A stretch of DNA of 64,000 nucleotides from Tubulanus polymorphus (lineage: Eukaryota; Animalia; Nemertea): positions 5,802,914 through 5,866,913 of the forward strand of contig NC_134034.1 of NCBI RefSeq assembly GCF_964204645.1, read 5' to 3'. Under the pieces are notes generated by a model, which searched no databases, was not told where the DNA came from, and worked only from the letters and a program-made list of their open reading frames with translations. Position 1 is the stretch's first letter. Every line of letters starts with the position of its first letter. This document shows, piece after piece, positions 51,202-64,000 of this stretch. Made by a program: the position numbers and the translations under genes.

Positions 51202-52960
51202 CCCTTTGAGACCCGGATTAATTATTACACATGCTATCCCAGTCCCAGAAATTTATGGTAATTGCAAGGCGAAAACGTCCTATATTCAAATGCTTGTAGC
51301 TTCCAGCCTATTAGAGATACAGCTTTGCACAGTTCTTTATAAGCTTTCTAATGATACCAAATTTGTCATATTTTGACAAATTTTTTTTGGGGTAAATTAT
51401 GGAAAATTCATGAAAAACGTACAAATTCTGACGAAAATTGTCTTTTTTGTCTCAAAATCATTAGCTGTTCAAGAAATAAAGCATAAAAGTACATTAGAGA
51501 CTGAAATAAACATGATTTGTCTCACCTTACTGATTATTCATGTGATTCTGCCTCCAATACAGCTTATAATCCACAAAACGATGATAAATCTCAAAGCATG
51601 GAACGTCACACAAAGGTACAGGTACACATGTTTTACACTGCCTTTGTGTCTGATGCCGGCGAACATACTTTTTGTTCCTTCTAAGTGTGCACACAACACA
51701 ATCAGGCCTGCCATTAGTTTTTTCCATAAAATGTGCTCCTCCATTCAAACGCTGTGGTGCATCGTTATGCCGAATCTGACGACCAGGTTGATGAGGTGCA
51801 CGTTGGTAGTCAGCAATAAGTTCATGGCATAACTTCAAACGAAACTGTCTACTGGTCAATGCATCAGCAGCATTGGACACCTTGTGCATTATGTATGCAT
51901 TTGTTACTGCTGTGATAAGCAGGTGACAAAAAACCTTTTTCCACCATTTCACTGAACGATGTAGTATGCTGAAATAGGAGTTGTATTGATCATTCAAATC
52001 CGACATGTCCGACGCGTTATGCCATAACATCAAAGGCGACATGTCCTGCAATTGTCGTTTGTTGGTGCGGGCCGTGAATTGCTTCAGTTTTAGTGGATTT
52101 CCTGCGCGATTCGCCCTAACTGTACCACAGGCACCAATGTTTCGATCTTTTAGGTCCACAAATAGTTTCACACTAGTGAAGAAATTGTCACCTGTTATGA
52201 ATGCCAGCCCGAACATTCTGCGATGCGTCCATAACAACTCGATACCCAAGGTCAACTTGACCACCGTCCGCTCCTTTGTACAGCGTCCAATTGTGGGCGT
52301 AACCAGTTTTGGACCCAGCCAGTAACCATGCTTTCATGCCCCACTTGACAGGCTTACTCTTGATGTATTGCAACATAGAAGTTTGACCCTTGAAGGCTAT
52401 CATGCCTTCATCCACGGACAGAAACTTTTCCATATGGAAGGCGTCATTCCATGCGCGAACTAGCTGTTCAATCAAAGACTTGACCTTGAATGTCCTGTCA
52501 TAACCAGGCTGTCCTCTTTGAATTTGTGTTTCGTTATTCACAGGGTGCAAGAATCGTAATAGCATCAAAACCCGATTGCGGCTCATTACGGCTCGGAATC
52601 CTGGTTTATCAGTCAGATGATCAGTAGACCAATGTGCACGAAAAGATCCCCGATCTTCATATCCCGTCAGTAACAACAATGCCAGGAATGCTTTCATTTC
52701 GTCACTAGTGACATTATACCAGGTTTCTAGAACACTATCTGTAGTATTTCCACTGTTTTGATATTGTTGAAAATAATGATTTGTTTCAGTCACTAGCATG
52801 TCTATAATAGTGTCCGGAAAAGCTTTTGTGAAAAAGTCAATTGGCGTGTAGTCCTTTGTATCGAACTTGGGCTCACCTGGATTCGGACAGTTGTACTGCG
52901 GCAACCAGTAAGGAGGGGGGTGGTTTCCAAGTTTTGTCAAGGTCAGATTATAATTGTTGG
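51202..52960 (-). mobile_element. piggyBac copy 2: one end intact; transposase frameshifted, internally deleted and 5'-truncated
   Basis: TTAA|CCCTTTGAG at 51198-51210. SVDEGM, KPVKWG, GDNFFTS, KWWKK and the Cys-rich C-terminus are present. The YN..MGGVD segment is missing. Confidence 0.9.
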
Positions 52961-54679
52961 TCAAGTAGTGATTTAAAGATTTTACAAGCGCCACCGCACA
53001 ACGCCGCCTAGAGAGCAAGTTGAGAAAACGGCTCTGTAACTTATTAGCCCTTGGCCCGTATCAGCTTCATAACAAGTTTGGACAAGATTAAAAACTAGAA
53101 CTGTAGCACTAATAGCAAATTCAAGCCAAAGTTGACGTACAGACGGATGGACCCTAAGACATGACAGTATCACTCTAACCCATCAGCTCAGCTGACCTTT
53201 GGTCACAGCGGAGCTTAAAATTACATGTACCATAGAAATGGATTTCTCTCAATGAATTAATTTAATTGAATATCAGTGTATTAGTATTGACTTATTCTCA
53301 GTTGGATCAAGACCTAATTCACAGTCCGAACATTCAGGCTCAGTTAAATTAGATGAGCTAGAATCAGGAATATTTCGTTTTATTTCTGACTGCCCACTGA
53401 CGATTTGAAAAACACCACCGGTTCTTTTAGTTTCTCTCTTACAACTTTAATAGGCATTATTTTTCCAGATTTTATGATGGTAACCTCGGGATAATCCGTA
53501 TGCAATTCCTTAGTAGTTCTTTTGTGAGGCTTGATGGATAAACTGAAAAATGAAATAGGCTGGTAAAGGTTAGAAGTAATCAGATCACATGGAGCGTTTC
53601 TGGTCTTTCAGTCCATAGTACACTAAAGCACCACTTGATGACCTCAACGCGGGGCCAGGATTAGCGCCTATTTTCATCCCCTATTATGAGATGTGGTCCA
53701 CCAGCGGAACTAGGGGCTCAGGGACAGCATGACCACTTGTCACAAAATTCAATGCCCCCTGTTGACCATATGCAGTCCACCCCCGATATACCGCCCTCCC
53801 ATCGATGAGTATCGAAGAAGGGTTACCATAATATAGTATACTATAACACGGGGCGATAGACGATCGAATGAAGGTTTACCCTTTGATAAAGTATCGGAGA
53901 AGGGGATGTGTATTGGGTGGATTATCGCCCGCCTTCTAGGCTTACCTGTCAATATTGGAAATTTTACTCCCAATTCAATGCAATCACATCCCATCCCTGC
54001 TTCAACTGCCTGGAATACACAAAACTCAGGAAATTGACTAGTCTTGGGCCAATTTATCATAGTTATAAGCTTTAAAACACAAGAAAATGGGCCTAGGTGA
54101 TTGATGGTAAGTGGTACTGATACAAACCCACATGCCACATCAATATATACCGTAGAACTCAATTTGATTTGAGTTCTTTGTATAGACCAAGTTTAAGAAT
54201 TTGAAGTTGAAACATTTTCGAGTATCAGAACCCTTAAGTAACTAAACAAATTCAGTCCTATTTTTACGATTATTGGGTCTAGCTGCACCACATATAGACC
54301 CTTAACGGCCCCAAGAGTAATTATTTACTTACTTTCACAAATGATATCCTTTAAATCGACTGAAATGGCTTGAAAAGAAACCAAATCATGATAACTTGCG
54401 ATGTTTTTAACTGTCGCATCTAGCGAGGATGACTCCACATTCAGGTGAAGGTCACAATCGCGTGCGATAGATTGGTTCGCGCACACCGAATAATATCGAT
54501 TTCTTTAAAGGTCACGACAAGTGAGCGCAGCTTCAAGATCTCTTATTCTTAGTATTGTCTGTACGCACGTGTTATATGTACTTAGATAAGAGTTTGTCGT
54601 GGGGGGAGGAACCTGTACCTGGATTAGATTTAACAGTATTGGGATTATCTATGATAATAGCTGATTCTATAATATAACC

Positions 54680-54990
54680 GCAATCACACGGAGACGATTT
54701 GGCCCGGGCTAAATTGACACGGTTCAGGCTCGGGCCAAATTTGGCCCTTGCCTAATTAGAGAGCGCGTTCACACGCAAACCATTCACTCGATACTAAACA
54801 ATGCTCAAACAAAGCGAAGTGGACCATTTCCGGTACCACTTGCAATTCAAACGCAATCATTTGTCTGGTGCTAAAATTTGGCTCAGGCCTGGTCCGACAT
54901 TTTTGGTTGGGCCAAATTTGGCCCAGGCCAAACAGACTCGTGGGCCCATTTGGCACCAGTGTGAACAGTTGTTCCAGGCCAAATTTCAAT
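54680..54990. repeat. GGGCCAAATTTGGCCC-rich repeat (MITE end)
   Basis: Several palindromic GGCCAAATTTGGCC / GGCCCGGGC motifs. Confidence 0.5.
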
Positions 54991-55129
54991 AATCAGAACT
55001 TTAATGTGGGGAGCCACAAGTTCAGCCAATATGGAACCACATGACCATAGGACATCTTTGAGTATTAGCTGGAGGTTCTCAATTTCTTCAACTTGTTTTT
55101 GGAATGAAACTTTTAACCATTTGGCTCGG

Positions 55130-55815
55130 TTCCTGAGGTTGACTGTATGATAACGTGCCATGCACTCGGGTGAAAGTGCGGATGGTCTCGGCACATACTT
55201 CAAACATACCTCGTCTCGTTTCAGAATTTTGCTCCCAAATGACCGGTCGCTGCACACTGCATTTCTTCGGCTTTTCCTGCATGGCAAGAAAATGAGGAAT
55301 GCCATCCCGCTGCTGGTCTGGATTAAATCAGCTGGTATAACTCGAGCCGGTGGCACAACTGGATCGAGAGACTGGACCAATGGAAGGCGAAATGCTTTCG
55401 TCATCATAATGTTTGTTTCACCACGGTCCAGTTTGTCCAGTTCATAAAGTATGTAGCAATTCATAATTGTGGACTCAAGAATGTTGAAGAAACACTAGGG
55501 CCACCATTTGTTTGAAGACCTTTCAAAGTTGTAATACACTGTCAGTTCATCTGTCAAATCAATGCCTCACATGTGTGCATTGTAATCAGTGACACACGTG
55601 TTGTCGGTCGTCGAGCAGGCACATTTACCATTTCAGAAGCAGCATGTGTATTTGTGATCATAGTAATTGGTCTCTTATCCTTCCACTGCAACACAACTAT
55701 AACTAATACATGAACCTGACCTTTCTTCATGCTCTGAGCATCACATGCTTGGGCAATCCAACGCGATTCGCGATTATCGTACCAGTAAAGTTGAAATCTA
55801 AGTCAAGTAACTTCT
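55130..55815 (-). pseudogene. piggyBac copy 3: decayed C-terminal half of the transposase
   Basis: NFTGTII.NR.GLP, LQWKDKRPI, DYNAHM*GIDLTD, KWW, MNCYILY, FRLPLV and a degenerate Cys-rich tail. Confidence 0.75.
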
Positions 55816-57518
55816 ATGGAAGCGGCAGGCCCCAGTTGTACCTATCAGCAAACAACCAATGCACTCTATGGGCCACGCCACATAACATTGTATATCATTC
55901 CGATGTTGGTAACCATAATTGACCCAATGATGGTTACCAATATCGGGGCAACATTGGACTTGCCTACGGCACTGCATTGGCCCATATTTTTTGCCAATGA
56001 ATGTCCAAGGAACCAACATAATGGGCCAATGAATACCCAATGAAATACCTTTATTCCTTTAATGAAATGTAATTTATATTCCAGATGTCAGCCATGAATT
56101 ATTAACTTTTAATTAGCTTTTGTCCAGTTTTTTTACCAACTAGGTCTATACGATCACAATCTGAAAAAAAAACAAAAATCAATGCCTTAGGCCTGTGCTG
56201 AATTAAAATTTGTTCTCGTTGTACTAGGCTCTTGATACATGTATAAGCCTAGAAAATTCAAAAATGATTACCATTCAGTTGATGTTTCCCTGGATCTAAA
56301 GAAACTGAAGCAGCCATCTTGTCCGGTACTAATTGAAATGATACACATTACGGATATCTTCATCTACAAAATATATTAAAATGCTTCATAATTTTCTCTA
56401 AAAATCATTTTATTAAATTCAGTATTCAAAACTCTGTATTTGTATTTTTTTACGCCTTATAAAACGTCACCATTATGAAACCTAAACAATGTGAACCATT
56501 CAGCGTCATTTTACAAATCACAACATTAAATCGATGTGCAAAACGTCACAGGTTAATGTGTACACATACGTGCTATTTGGCAAAATATTATTGACAAAGA
56601 TGTAGAATGTCTGCCTGTGATTATAGGCTGAGCCCTGTTTGAAAGTCGAAATATTATATTCCATTGAATATCATGAGAAGATGTATTTTGATAGTAATGG
56701 ATGTATGATTATATCAGACGCGTCAGGCATAAATGGAAATGATAAATCAGAGATTATTTGGTAAAAATGGCCGATGTATACACGATGCGGAAGTCTGATA
56801 TAAAAGTAAGACCCTGACATGGGAATGCTTGTGAAATGACGAAGCTATCTACGGTTTGTAAACATATAATTTCAATGTTCAAATGTTTAAGAAATTATGT
56901 TTGATATTAGGGGTATGCGGGTTTCATAACAATGATCCTGATTAGCAATTTATAATAGCATAGCTGTCGTATACGGCTCCACATCCTCTGATAGCATGTG
57001 TATCAGGGTCCAGTTCCACAGTTCTGAGTTAAGATTAAGGTTTCTCTCCAATGCATTCATTTCCTCCCTGCTCAGCCTTCTGTAGTGGAGGCTGCCATAT
57101 TCAACCCCTGGATTTGCCGAAACTTATGAGCCAAATCACTCGGCACAAGATCTTATTGTCAAACCATCTTGCTTTATACCAGCCTTACATATGTCTCTTA
57201 TCTTATTCGCTTTCCTGGGTGTCAGGGAGACTGTCATTGTTATAGAATTCAAGAGAAACCCGAGTGTCAGGTTTGGTATCGGGATTATTGGCTGTACTGC
57301 TTGGGTCCCTGAGCCCAGCCTTTCCAGTTTTTCTTTCTTAATCCCGGTTGCTGTTGTTTTGAGGCCATTAATTCTGAGTAGCTAGATTCCCAGCTTATAT
57401 CATCTGACTGTTTTACATCTTTTAACAGTTTTGCAAAATCATCCCTGAACGCATTTTGTGATTTTTACACTGTCAGCACATATCCTGGATGCATATTTCT
57501 TTTTAAGCACTGGCTTAA

Positions 57519-60500
57519 CCCTCTTGGTACTGGATTAACTTTCAGTGTAATACACTGTGAGGCTGAATTGATTTTCAGTATTGCACTGATGCGCAGAGAG
57601 AATATTTCGAGCCCAATTTACGCCAATTTATTCTCATCAAAACCATAAACACTTATTGAAACTTTTGTAGCAAATTTCTTGAACTTTTAAATGATATTAA
57701 AAGTTTTATTATTCGGTGCTAATTTTTTTTTCTATCAAGGGAAAATCTGTCGGAATAATTTTTTCTCAAAACTCCAATTTTTTGCAGTGGTAGAGTCCTC
57801 CAATCACAATAAGTCCAGCGAACAAAAGAAAGCTATGGAAATAACCTTTCATTTGGTGTATAAACCATGACTCTATCTTGAATATGAAGATTTTTACAGC
57901 GTTTTGAAAAATCTGCTCAAATAGTTCAAAATCACAGAATCCATCCTGAAGTACAAGTGATGCAAAAAAGTAATAAAATCTCCATATATGTGAATATTAT
58001 AGTGTTTTTTTTCACCTGATTTGAAGTAGCTAGAGTGTCATGATACATATATATGTTCAAAAATTTTTTTTTTGTAACTAAATGGTGATTTTCCCAAGCA
58101 CTGAGAAGATAAAGATAAATATAAACCGCTGCTTTGAACAATAGTATTTTTATTAGAATTTTCTGGTATTCGAAGCGACAAGGTGTAATACATGTTTTAT
58201 TCTTTTCTTTATTGTAAGTGATTCAGTTCATAATGTCGTTTATAGTCCTGCACAGTATGAAAAAGTTCAAAACATGGTATGACGCACAACGGAATATTTG
58301 GTACACAAGTTTTGCAGAAATACGATGTCTGTTTCCTCCTGATGTATTTGCCTTCCGCACGTTTGCAACACACAACACAGTCTGGTTTTCTATCACCTTT
58401 GGAGATGAAATGTCTGCCCGCCAATCTCATTTCTGGCGGATTCAAGCTTGGTCGCCCGGGAACGGACAATGGGCGCTCATAACCTTCAAGTAGACCTTTA
58501 GCTATCTCTAACCTGAAGGTGAGAGGGCGCATTTGGTCTTTTACTGGTGTTACGCATTTGTACATAATACACGAATTTGATAATGTGGTCACAAATAGAT
58601 GAAGGAACACTTTCTTCCACCATTTCAGCGAACGCCGATCCCATGCACTGTACGAGTTCAACTGGTCGCTTACATCAACGCCACCCATAAATGTGTTGTA
58701 TGCATCTATTGCTACGGGTTTCTCGATCTGACAAAAACCATCTTCCAAATTGCGGTCTCGAATTCGCTTGTTTATTACCCCCGAGGGATGAATGGAAGAC
58801 AACAAAGTAACTGGACGTTTATTGAACCATCCAACGGCATGAATGTTACCGCAGCGTTTGAAAATTGGCGATTCTTGCACGAGAATAGTTTTACTCTTTT
58901 TAGAATTGAACGCAGTTATTTCTGGGGGGTTGTTCACACGATTAGATTTTACTGTTCCACAACAACCTATCCCTTTGTCTTCGAGGCTTTTAGCTAGTTC
59001 ATAACTCATGAAGTAGTTATCACAATAAATAACATGCCCTCTCGGTAACATTTCACACAAATTTTCAACGACCAATTTCCCGAGATTTTTAGCAAATTGG
59101 TCGCCTTCTTTTCCGGTGTAAAGTACCCAGTTATTGACGTAACCTTTCTTGGATGAGGCTAATACCCAAGCTTTCAGGCCCCATTTCGTTGGTTTCTTCG
59201 GCATGTACTGAAGCATAGAAACGCGGCCCTTGAATGCGACCATACATTCATCAACAGAAACTTCACGCTCCAGAAAGAACACAGATTGCCATGTTTCGAC
59301 AAGTTTATTTATAAAGGCACGCACCTTGAAACAACGGTCATAATTCGGATCAGCTCTCGGTAACTGATTAGAATTATCAACGAGATGTAAAAATCGCATT
59401 ATACAACAGAATCTGTCCCGACTCATCAGTGTTTGGAAACCAGGCATTTCTGAAATCCAGTCTGTCGTCCAAAATTCTTTTACCGGTTTTGATATATAAC
59501 ACATAATTATAATAATCGATAGAAATACCCGCAGTTCTTCATTTGTAAGATCTTTCCACGTATCCTGCAGTTTTCGATTTTTATTCGGGTTATTCACTCT
59601 CCACTCCTCAAAGTAACGATTAGTTTCTCTAGCGATTGTATCGATCAAATCATCTGGGAAGTTTGCCAAGAAAAAATCTTTTGGCGTGAATCCGTCAGTA
59701 TCGATTGCTGGCATACCCGGTGCTGGACATTGGTATGGGGGCAACCAAGACGGAACAGAACCATCATCATCAATCCATGGTAGATTTCTTTCAGTAGCTG
59801 GAATTATAAAAAAAATACATACACACTGATAAATAGACCGCAGTTATTCCGTATTGTAATTGTAAATAACAATATATTGACAATATTTAGTGCTTTCAAT
59901 TTTGTAATTCAATAAAACACTAGTATAGAAAATTTTCAGTATAGTGCCTACTCACCGTTATTACGCCTTACACCACGATTTCTTGCACGACCCACCCTAG
60001 TGCCTCGTGTCATAGCCACACCACCTCTAACGGGCCTATTGACTTGATGTTGACCTCTATTTCCACCACGTGTGCGCACACCACCACCACGTCTTATACC
60101 GCCACCTCGTGTACGTACACCACCCCGATTACGTCTGAACGCATTAGCGCCACCACGACACAAAGGCTGCCTAGTAGTAGGCCTACCTCTAGGCCTACTT
60201 ACTCTAGACCTATCATCACTACCAGGACTGCCATCACCATCATTTTCACTACTTGAACCAGACATGGTAAATAAAACGTCATTACCGTCTAAGTCATTCA
60301 TTGCTGTCACTTTCATTTTCATTTTGCTGAGATTCTATCCGAGAACCATCATCATCAAAAGACTGGTCGGACGCGACCTCGTCATAGGCAACCGATTCAT
60401 TTATTTCACTAACACAACCATTGTCATCTTCAGATTCACTATACCCGCTAAGATAACCATTTGAATCTTGATCCGCAAAAAGTTCGTCGATAACGTCATC

Positions 60501-60781
60501 GACATTCATATTACTAAGTATTTTCGTCCGCAAAATGTAATGTAATCTTCAATTCAATATTTCGAGTATTTTTGTAGGACATAGAAGGTCGCGATGCCTT
60601 ACTGAAACATTGCCACAGAGGCGCTCTATCGGCTTGTGAAAAAACTAAAACGCTAACTTGTAAACTAAATTCACACGAAACGACGAAAAATGTGGTCTCG
60701 CTTATCTCGACTTGAGTCGAGACTCGGCTCTGCCGGACATGAATACCGTTTCGACCATAGTCGAGACTCGCCCTAAGAGGG
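57519..60781 (-). mobile_element. Full-length piggyBac element (3263 bp)
   Basis: TTAA at 57515-57518 and 60782-60785. Termini CCCTCTTGG / CTAAGAGGG. Two subterminal GTCGAGACTCG copies near the right end. Confidence 0.95.
58209..60322 (-). CDS. piggyBac (PGBD4-like) transposase, two exons (60322-59956, 59797-58209), 651 aa from the internal ATG
   Basis: SVDECM, YCDNYF and MGGVDVSDQ catalytic motifs plus a Cys-rich C-terminal domain. GT-AG intron 59955-59798 joins the exons in phase. An upstream acidic frame (60294-60533) is offset by one frameshift. Confidence 0.85.
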
Positions 60782-61923
60782 TTAATGAGTTCCTTGTGTC
60801 CCAGTAGGTTTCATGAGCACTATGCCCCATGAGGCCAGGGCAATCGGTCAGTTTCAGTATCACTGTTGATACCTTGATACCATTGATCAGGTCCTCAGCC
60901 CCTGCCTTGATAATGAGAGGTCTGTACCTCCCTTGAACATATCCATCAGCTGCCATATTTTGGAATTTACCCAAGGTACAACGAAACTGCTACAGTTTTC
61001 TGGTCTTGGATAATCTTTCTTCCGAATTATTTCCTTTGACATGTCTTTTGACCTCTATCAGCTACCCTCCCTAATTTCTGTTAAACTGATGGCCTGCAGG
61101 CATCATCATCGGATCGTAAGTCCTTTACTGAGTGTAAGTGACCCACTTTGTCGATTTTCATTGGTTCTGTTCTCTGAACTAGATCTCGTACGTTCCGTTC
61201 GTCATCACTGTCCTTGCACAACAATACCTCATGTGGATTTACTCCTGAATTTGGCGCCTTCCATTTGAGAAATTTACCCCTTCATCATTTGGCTTTCACC
61301 TTTTAAGTGGCCTTTCGGCTGACGACACTTGATTTTCCTGTGCACTCTTAACTGCCTGGGCAAATAATTCCTATGCATTGGCAGATAGGCCCGGCGCAGG
61401 GTATCTGAATCAATGCAAAAAAGTTTGGATAGAAGGACTCTGATTCACAGATGGTTTCACGCATATTGTCAAAACACAGGTCGAGGAGAATGATGGGGAG
61501 ATAGAATCGTTCATTCATTCATTGGTATAGATAAACTAACATTGTAAACAATCAGTCCAGTGTGAAGAAACAAGAGGGGTTTTTCAAAAACTTGTTTCAA
61601 TCCAAGGAGAATTGTGAATACAATTTTTTATTTCACCTGTCCCTAGATTTTTCACAAATTTTCACATAAGATACCACAAAGTCATATTTGTGCAGCTGTC
61701 AATCTGCTGTCTGTACCTACCCCCTCAGACGTTCGCCTTTTGTATGGCAAAGTCTGGAAAAACCATTTTTGCCAAATGCTGGATGTCTGTCCAATAGGTT
61801 GATAGCTGCTTGAAGATGCCAAAATCGAGTAATTTCCGATCGCAAGATTTTACCTGGCACACCCATATCAACATGATGCGCACAGTTGATCTCCAGTCCA
61901 GGAATCATGTCACAAATCGAGCT

Positions 61924-63997
61924 CTATTTCTTCTTGTATCCTCTGGCTTGCATTTCCTGTCTCCACTCTTCCAGCGTCACCGTTGACGTTTCACCACAGA
62001 ACCATTTTCCAAAAAAAACTGTTGATGGGACGGTTTGGATCTCTCCTTTTTTCACTAAGGACAAGTATTTTTTGTTCGTGGTGTGTACTTTCTGCAACTC
62101 ACCCAAGGTTGGTTAGGAACAACCTGTATATTTCCCATAGATTCAGAGTGGATGACTTTTGGTAGAACGTCCTGGTCTTTTCCCTGTCATGAATTGTGAG
62201 CAATCCATCTGTGTAGTAGTATCTTTGGTAATATCTGTATGTAGTGACTGATGAGGGCCGGACAAACAAATGGCATTCTGCAGAACGTGTACTTATTGTT
62301 CTGGCAGCTACTGCGAGTGTTGCAGTTGCAGTAGGAGTGGTTCTCAATTCCAGCAGTGTCCGTAGGAAGCTTACTCGTACGGCGATTATCAGTGGATCTC
62401 CTCGGTAGCACAGAAGGTGTTTTTGACAAGCAATCAACAATGGTGACTGGCTTGCCAAAGGAGGATTCGGGATTTGAATTCCCTGCCTACGTTGATTCTA
62501 CCTAATATGAAATCTAAAAACATTAAAACATTTATGAACATTGATGAAATTAATAGTTATTTAGATGGTTAAGAGGTGAGGCATAGAATGTTAACCAACC
62601 ATTGGGTAATGGTCATCATATTTAACTCTTGAAGCTGAATGTTTGAGTGATGCATTACCACAGGATTTCCGACAACGCCGTCACTGATATGCTTGAACGC
62701 ATGTGAGATAAGAATCCATTATGTAACTCGCACTCCTGCAACAGTTTTTGAGGCTGGATACTTGGCACAGAGCTTCACCATATTGTAGTCTCCATGTAGC
62801 AATTTCAAGTTGGCCACTGAGCAATTGCTGAATTTGGTCCCAGATAAGCTTTGAAAGTTATCATAAACACTCAATCACCTTAAACAAATAGTTCATTTAG
62901 GTAAAACCATGTGCCCTTCAAATTGTGAAATCTATTGTAATGTCAAAATTAAGCTCAAAGATTATATCATTTAATATTCAATTGGTGACTTTCGAATGAT
63001 GATTAGTTCAGTAATTTTGAAATGAAACCTAGAGAAATGAAACAGTAGATTAAGCTTACCCTGTGAACTTTCAACTCCAAAGGCAAGCCACAACGTTTCT
63101 TTGTAGCTCGAAATCTACCTTCACTGAGAGTCGGTTGATGGCGTGGTTTGATGATGGAGCTCTTGTCATATTCGTCCAAGTTTTGCCACAGATTGATGAT
63201 TTCATGAGATTTATTATTTGTTAGAGCCAGTGAATTTTCATCTAGGTTTACCAGTTTCTCAGCCATTTCCATATCCAGCAATACCGTCTGGTCCAAAGAA
63301 TCCCGAAAAAAAAAAAATTTTGAAATTATATCCTGTTGTAATCAGATGAATCTGAAAATGTACTGTACAATGGCAACATCAACAACATCGACAATACTGT
63401 CACTACTTTAATGAAAACCATTTTGATAGAAAACCTTCAACTCCTCTGGGGGACATTCAATATAGATGGAACATTGGATAGTTCAAAGGGTTGCAGCTCT
63501 GGAGGATCAAGGATCGGTAATAGTCATTCTGGCACACCATCATTGGGCTCTTGATGCTCAGTGAATTTTCCATTACCATCGGAGTATCCGTGGACATGGT
63601 GACAACTGAAAGAATTTAGGGTGCTGATGGTGTCACTCAGAGAAACTACAATGAAAATAATACACAAAACCATTATCCTAAGGTCAAAATGAAATGGATT
63701 CAGTGATTGTCTGAGGGCTTGTCACAAAATCAACAGGAATCAATTATAGGAATGGACCCCACTTAACAGAACTGAAATGAATTGAATTATTATTCAAACA
63801 ATTTTCTAAGAACATTATGACTTACAGAAGTCTTTAGCCTCATCAGTTGGCACAGTGATTGTTAAGTCTTCTACAACATACAGAGGCAGCGGCTCATCAA
63901 CAGGGCTGTCACTCAATTCTTGGTCAGAAGAGACACTGGTACTTCTCTTATGGCCGTAAAGATGACCAATACCTAAAGGTTCACCAGTGTAAAGCAA
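61924..63997 (-). pseudogene. Decayed intron-containing gene, probably the C-terminal part of a large transposon-encoded protein (family unresolved)
   Basis: Fragments YTGEPLGIGHL, IINLWQNLDEYDK..RHQPTLSEGRFR, KLCAKYP and FGKWFC..TLEEWR, with splice-like borders and frameshifts. Confidence 0.4.
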
Positions 63998-64000
63998 TCA

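Larger units (their letters stand above)
56970..61260 (-). mobile_element. Degraded DIRS-like (tyrosine-recombinase group) retrotransposon split by piggyBac
   Basis: Gag-like YPRPENCSSFVVPWVNSKIW (~60950-61015) continues after the insertion as IKPVLKKKY...DDFAK. RT-like LGFLLNSITMTVSLTPRKANKI and PGVEYGSLHYRRL lie at 57050-57270. Confidence 0.7.

Noticed and set aside
58218-58997. Plus-strand ORFs overlapping the piggyBac transposase (similarly 51410-51832 and 60044-60464)
   Set aside because: Antisense shadows of a real coding frame, with no recognisable motifs.

Overview
Eukaryotic, repeat-dense DNA, probably from an invertebrate animal (spliceosomal introns, LINE/SINE/MITE content). I found no intact conventional host gene, and almost all ORFs in the track are chance ORFs or transposon debris. 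Main contents: (1) an 11.6-kb non-autonomous Foldback/MULE-like element (9516-21163) with 2-2.4 kb modular inverted arms and a 10-bp TSD; (2) three co-oriented piggyBac copies, one nearly intact (57519-60781; TTAA TSD, spliced RGG-rich first exon, full DDD triad) and inserted in a DIRS-like retrotransposon; (3) nested LINEs (CR1 inside an RTE-X-like LINE), plus Penelope, hAT, THAP/Kolobok-like and KDZ-like fragments and many palindromic MITEs; (4) a MITE family whose TIRs carry Pol III A/B boxes; (5) seven mostly phase-1 microexons (48780-49857); (6) a very AT-rich block of intronless decayed ORFs that may be a large-DNA-virus remnant, next to a spliced CIDE-N-like fragment. Family names come from motif recognition by eye, not database searches. 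Boundaries without a stated TSD are approximate.
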